Shown one piece after another: positions 61,311 through 64,000 of a DNA stretch of 64,000 nt (position 1 is its first letter; every line of letters begins with the position of its first letter). Under the pieces are notes generated by a model, which ran no database searches, was not told the origin of the DNA, and saw nothing but the letters and a program-made list of their open reading frames with translations. The DNA lies in contig OZ316893.1 of the NCBI GenBank assembly GCA_973895155.1, positions 14,600,645 through 14,664,644 on the forward strand. Reading direction: 5' to 3'. The DNA comes from Marsupella aquatica (Eukaryota > Plantae > Marchantiophyta). The position numbers and the translations under genes are program-made.

Positions 61311-64000
61311 ATGGCTCCAAGGTTGCCTCTTCACAACCCATTTAGGATTAGGCATCATGATTCTAAATTGTGGATGCGTGAACAAGCCCGGGCCGCCCAA
61401 GGTAGGAGTAGGAGGATGAGATGCCCATGCACACAGTGCCAAGGATTCAAGTCGTTGAGTTTGAACACTGTGCACCTTCACCTGCTGCGGCATGAAAGGC
61501 ACCCTCGGTGGAGGGTTTGGAATGTACCAGCAGAAGAAGACTCCTCTGATGAAGAGTGGAGAGCTGACTTTGTGGATTCTAATATAGCTAGGCGTAGAGA
61601 CTATGTAGAGCAGGACATAGACTGTGCAGAGGATGGTCCTGGGGTCCAACATGAGAACGTGGATGACCAAGATGGAGATGGAGAGGCAGTCACTGAGGAC
61701 GGTGGGATGGATGTCCCAAGAATGGTTCAAGAGATTTTTGAAGACCTTGATGCTTTTTACGACACAGTGGAATCAGAAGAGGACAATGAACCGCAGCCAC
61801 ACATTGGCGACGGACAAGCTGAACCTGACTTTGACATTGGGGAAGGTGCAGCAAAGAGGGAGTGGGTGTTTGGGGGCCCAAAACACATCAAAGAAGCTTG
61901 CATTCCTATCTACGAGGGGTCGAACTGCTCCAAGCTGGGTTTTGTCGTGTTGTTGTTGAACATCTGTGGCAATCACAATGTTCCCAATATATTTGTGACA
62001 GAGTTGTTGACCTTCCTGCTCCGAAATGTGTTACCAGATGGTAATTCAATTCCAAAAAATATGTACGAGGCTAGGAAATTGATGTCTAACCTTGGGCTGA
62101 ACTATGTGTCTATTGACGCATGCCCTGATGGGTGTGTTCTCTTTCGCAAAGAGCATGCAGATAAATTGACATGCCCTCATTGTGGTAAGCACAGGTACAA
62201 GAATGTAGGGAAATGTACACACCCTGCCAAGGTTCTTCGTCATTTTCCTCTCATTCCTAGACTACAACGTCTGTTTAGATGCCCTGCCATTTCCAAGCTG
62301 ATGACATGGACTCCTGATAACAAGAGCAGTGATGGCCTGCAGCGTCACATTGGAGATTCCAACCATTGGAAATTTGTTGATGAGAGGTGGCCACAGTTTG
62401 CTACAGAGAAGCGGAACTTTCGATTTGGTCTATCACTGGATGGAGTAAACCCATTTGGAGACAAAAACAACCGTTATTCATGTTGGCCGGTTACGCTGCT
62501 AAATTACAACCTTCCCCCATGGATGACTACAAAGAGGTTTTTTGTCATGATGGTGCTGTTAATCCCTGGACCAGCTTCTGTGACCGAGCAATTCATAGAT
62601 ATCATGTTGGCTCCAGCAGTGGAAGAGTGGAAGACTTTGTGGATAGAAGGGGTGTTAACCCATGATGTTCTGAAGGGGCTTCTTCGACCCAGCCCCTTTA
62701 GACTGCATGCAATTTGTTTGCTGGATATAGCAGATTACCCAGGCCATGGCATCATATCTGGACGAGTGACAAAGGGCTATGTGGGGTGCACACCATGTGG
62801 GAAAAATGTGACAAGTGAGTGGTCGCATGCCCTGCACAGTATGAAATTTCAGGGGCATAGAAGGTATCTGCCTGTTGATCATCCTTACAGGCACACACGG
62901 TCTCAAATTGCACACTTCAACAACAAAACAGAGCTTCGTGGCCCACCACAGAGGGTCACCAGAGAGCAAGTCCTGAGGTGGGCAGCCAGGAAGGCTGATT
63001 GGGACAAGAGAAGTGCCACTGATCGAGAACCTGAGGATCCAGTGGTGAAACATGGTGTGAAAAGACAGACCTTGATGGACTTGGAGTTGGAGTACTGGAG
63101 GGTAATGTACTTAGCCTCCAGCCCCTGTATGATTGCAATTTTAGATTGGAGCAATGGTGGATTGATGTTGGTTACAATCCTCCTATGTGGTTAATTAGTG
63201 TTTCTGTTGTTGAATTCTTTGCTTTGTGGAGTGCAGGAATTCGAGCCCAGCAAACACAATGTGGACGTCATGCACATTGAGAAAAATATTTGTGAGAGCT
63301 TGCTGAAGTTCTTGTCGGGTGAGAAAGATACAGGAGCAGTTCGAGCTGATATGCAATAGAAGGGGATTCGCCCTCACCTTTGGTTGAAGCCCCATGCAAG
63401 CAATCCCAATGTACTTCTCAAGTTCCAAGCTCCCTATGTGTGCACACAGGATGAATGGAAGACATTCTTGTATAGATTGAGCTGTCTGAAAGTGCCCTCT
63501 GGCTATGCTGGTGCCTTCAAGAAGCATATTACAAAGAATAAACGTGGCAGTATGAAAACACATGACTACCATGTGTTGATGCAGCACATTCTGCCCCTAT
63601 GCCTCAGAGGTCTCATGCAGAAACCAGTCCGTAATGTCATTCTTCGACTGTGCAATGTATTTCGCCGTATATGTGTGAAAGTGTGGGATCCCCAAGGATT
63701 GGAGCAGTTGAAGCAGGATGCTGCTTATGTCCTCTGTGACTTGGAGATATACTTCCCCCCTGCTTTCTTTGATGTTATGACTCATCTCCTAATCCATGTG
63801 GTAGAAGAGCTAGGGCAGTATGGGCCAGTCAGTACCAGATGGATGTACCCTATGGAGCGATACATGAAGTTGTTGAAAGGTCATGTGAGAACATACTACA
63901 GGCCAGAGGCTTCCATGGCATTGGGGTACATTAAGGATGAGATGTTGGGATTCCTAACAGAGTACATGGCTGGGTCTGGTGAAGCTATGACAAGAGTTTG
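61311..64000 (+). pseudogene. CACTA Tnp2/TnpD transposase (Transpos_assoc, Transposase_21, DUF4218), intron 63102-63236, premature TAG at 63357
   Basis: CPCTQC...HL, IDACPDGCVLFR, LSLDGVNPF, YNLPPW and DYPG in exon 1. After the intron: HNVDVMHIEKN, MKTHDYH, FPPAFFDVMTHL and RWMYPMERYM. Confidence 0.95.

Larger units (their letters stand above)
52832..64000 (+). mobile_element. Large CACTA (En/Spm) transposon with cargo ORFs; right end outside window
   Basis: Terminus CACTAGTAGAAA at 52832 cuts the P-like transposase ORF (expected 3-bp TSD is CAT). A Tnp2 transposase starts at 61311. Confidence 0.8.

Noticed and set aside
63102-63194. C-terminus of the 631-aa ORF (VMYLASSPC...)
   Set aside because: It is intron read-through; transposase homology resumes at 63237.

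Overview
This is eukaryotic land-plant nuclear DNA, most likely from a moss or other bryophyte (inferred from the style of the PLS-DYW PPR protein, the TE lineages and the F-box type). The left ~40 kb is gene-bearing and holds a DUF2985-type membrane protein, a PLS-E-DYW PPR editing factor, a three-exon KIX-only MED15-like gene missed by the ORF track, HSP101/ClpB with a heat-shock promoter, and plastid NEET. Between them lie an apparently intact Bianca-like Copia, a solo LTR, short non-LTR insertions, a Mutator-type foldback element and several minisatellites. The right ~24 kb is a transposon nest: a Copia is joined to a Gypsy pol, which is hit by a P-element-like DNA transposon, which is in turn hit by a large CACTA. 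A 202-bp MITE of the same P-like family sits in the Copia. Most notable: between the CACTA terminus (52832) and its transposase (61311) lie three co-oriented open ORFs encoding a stand-alone EDM2-type PHD-finger cluster, a tandem BRCT protein and an F-box-like protein. Together they are a candidate transposon-borne anti-silencing or host-manipulation cassette. All family assignments come from motif recognition by eye, not database searches.
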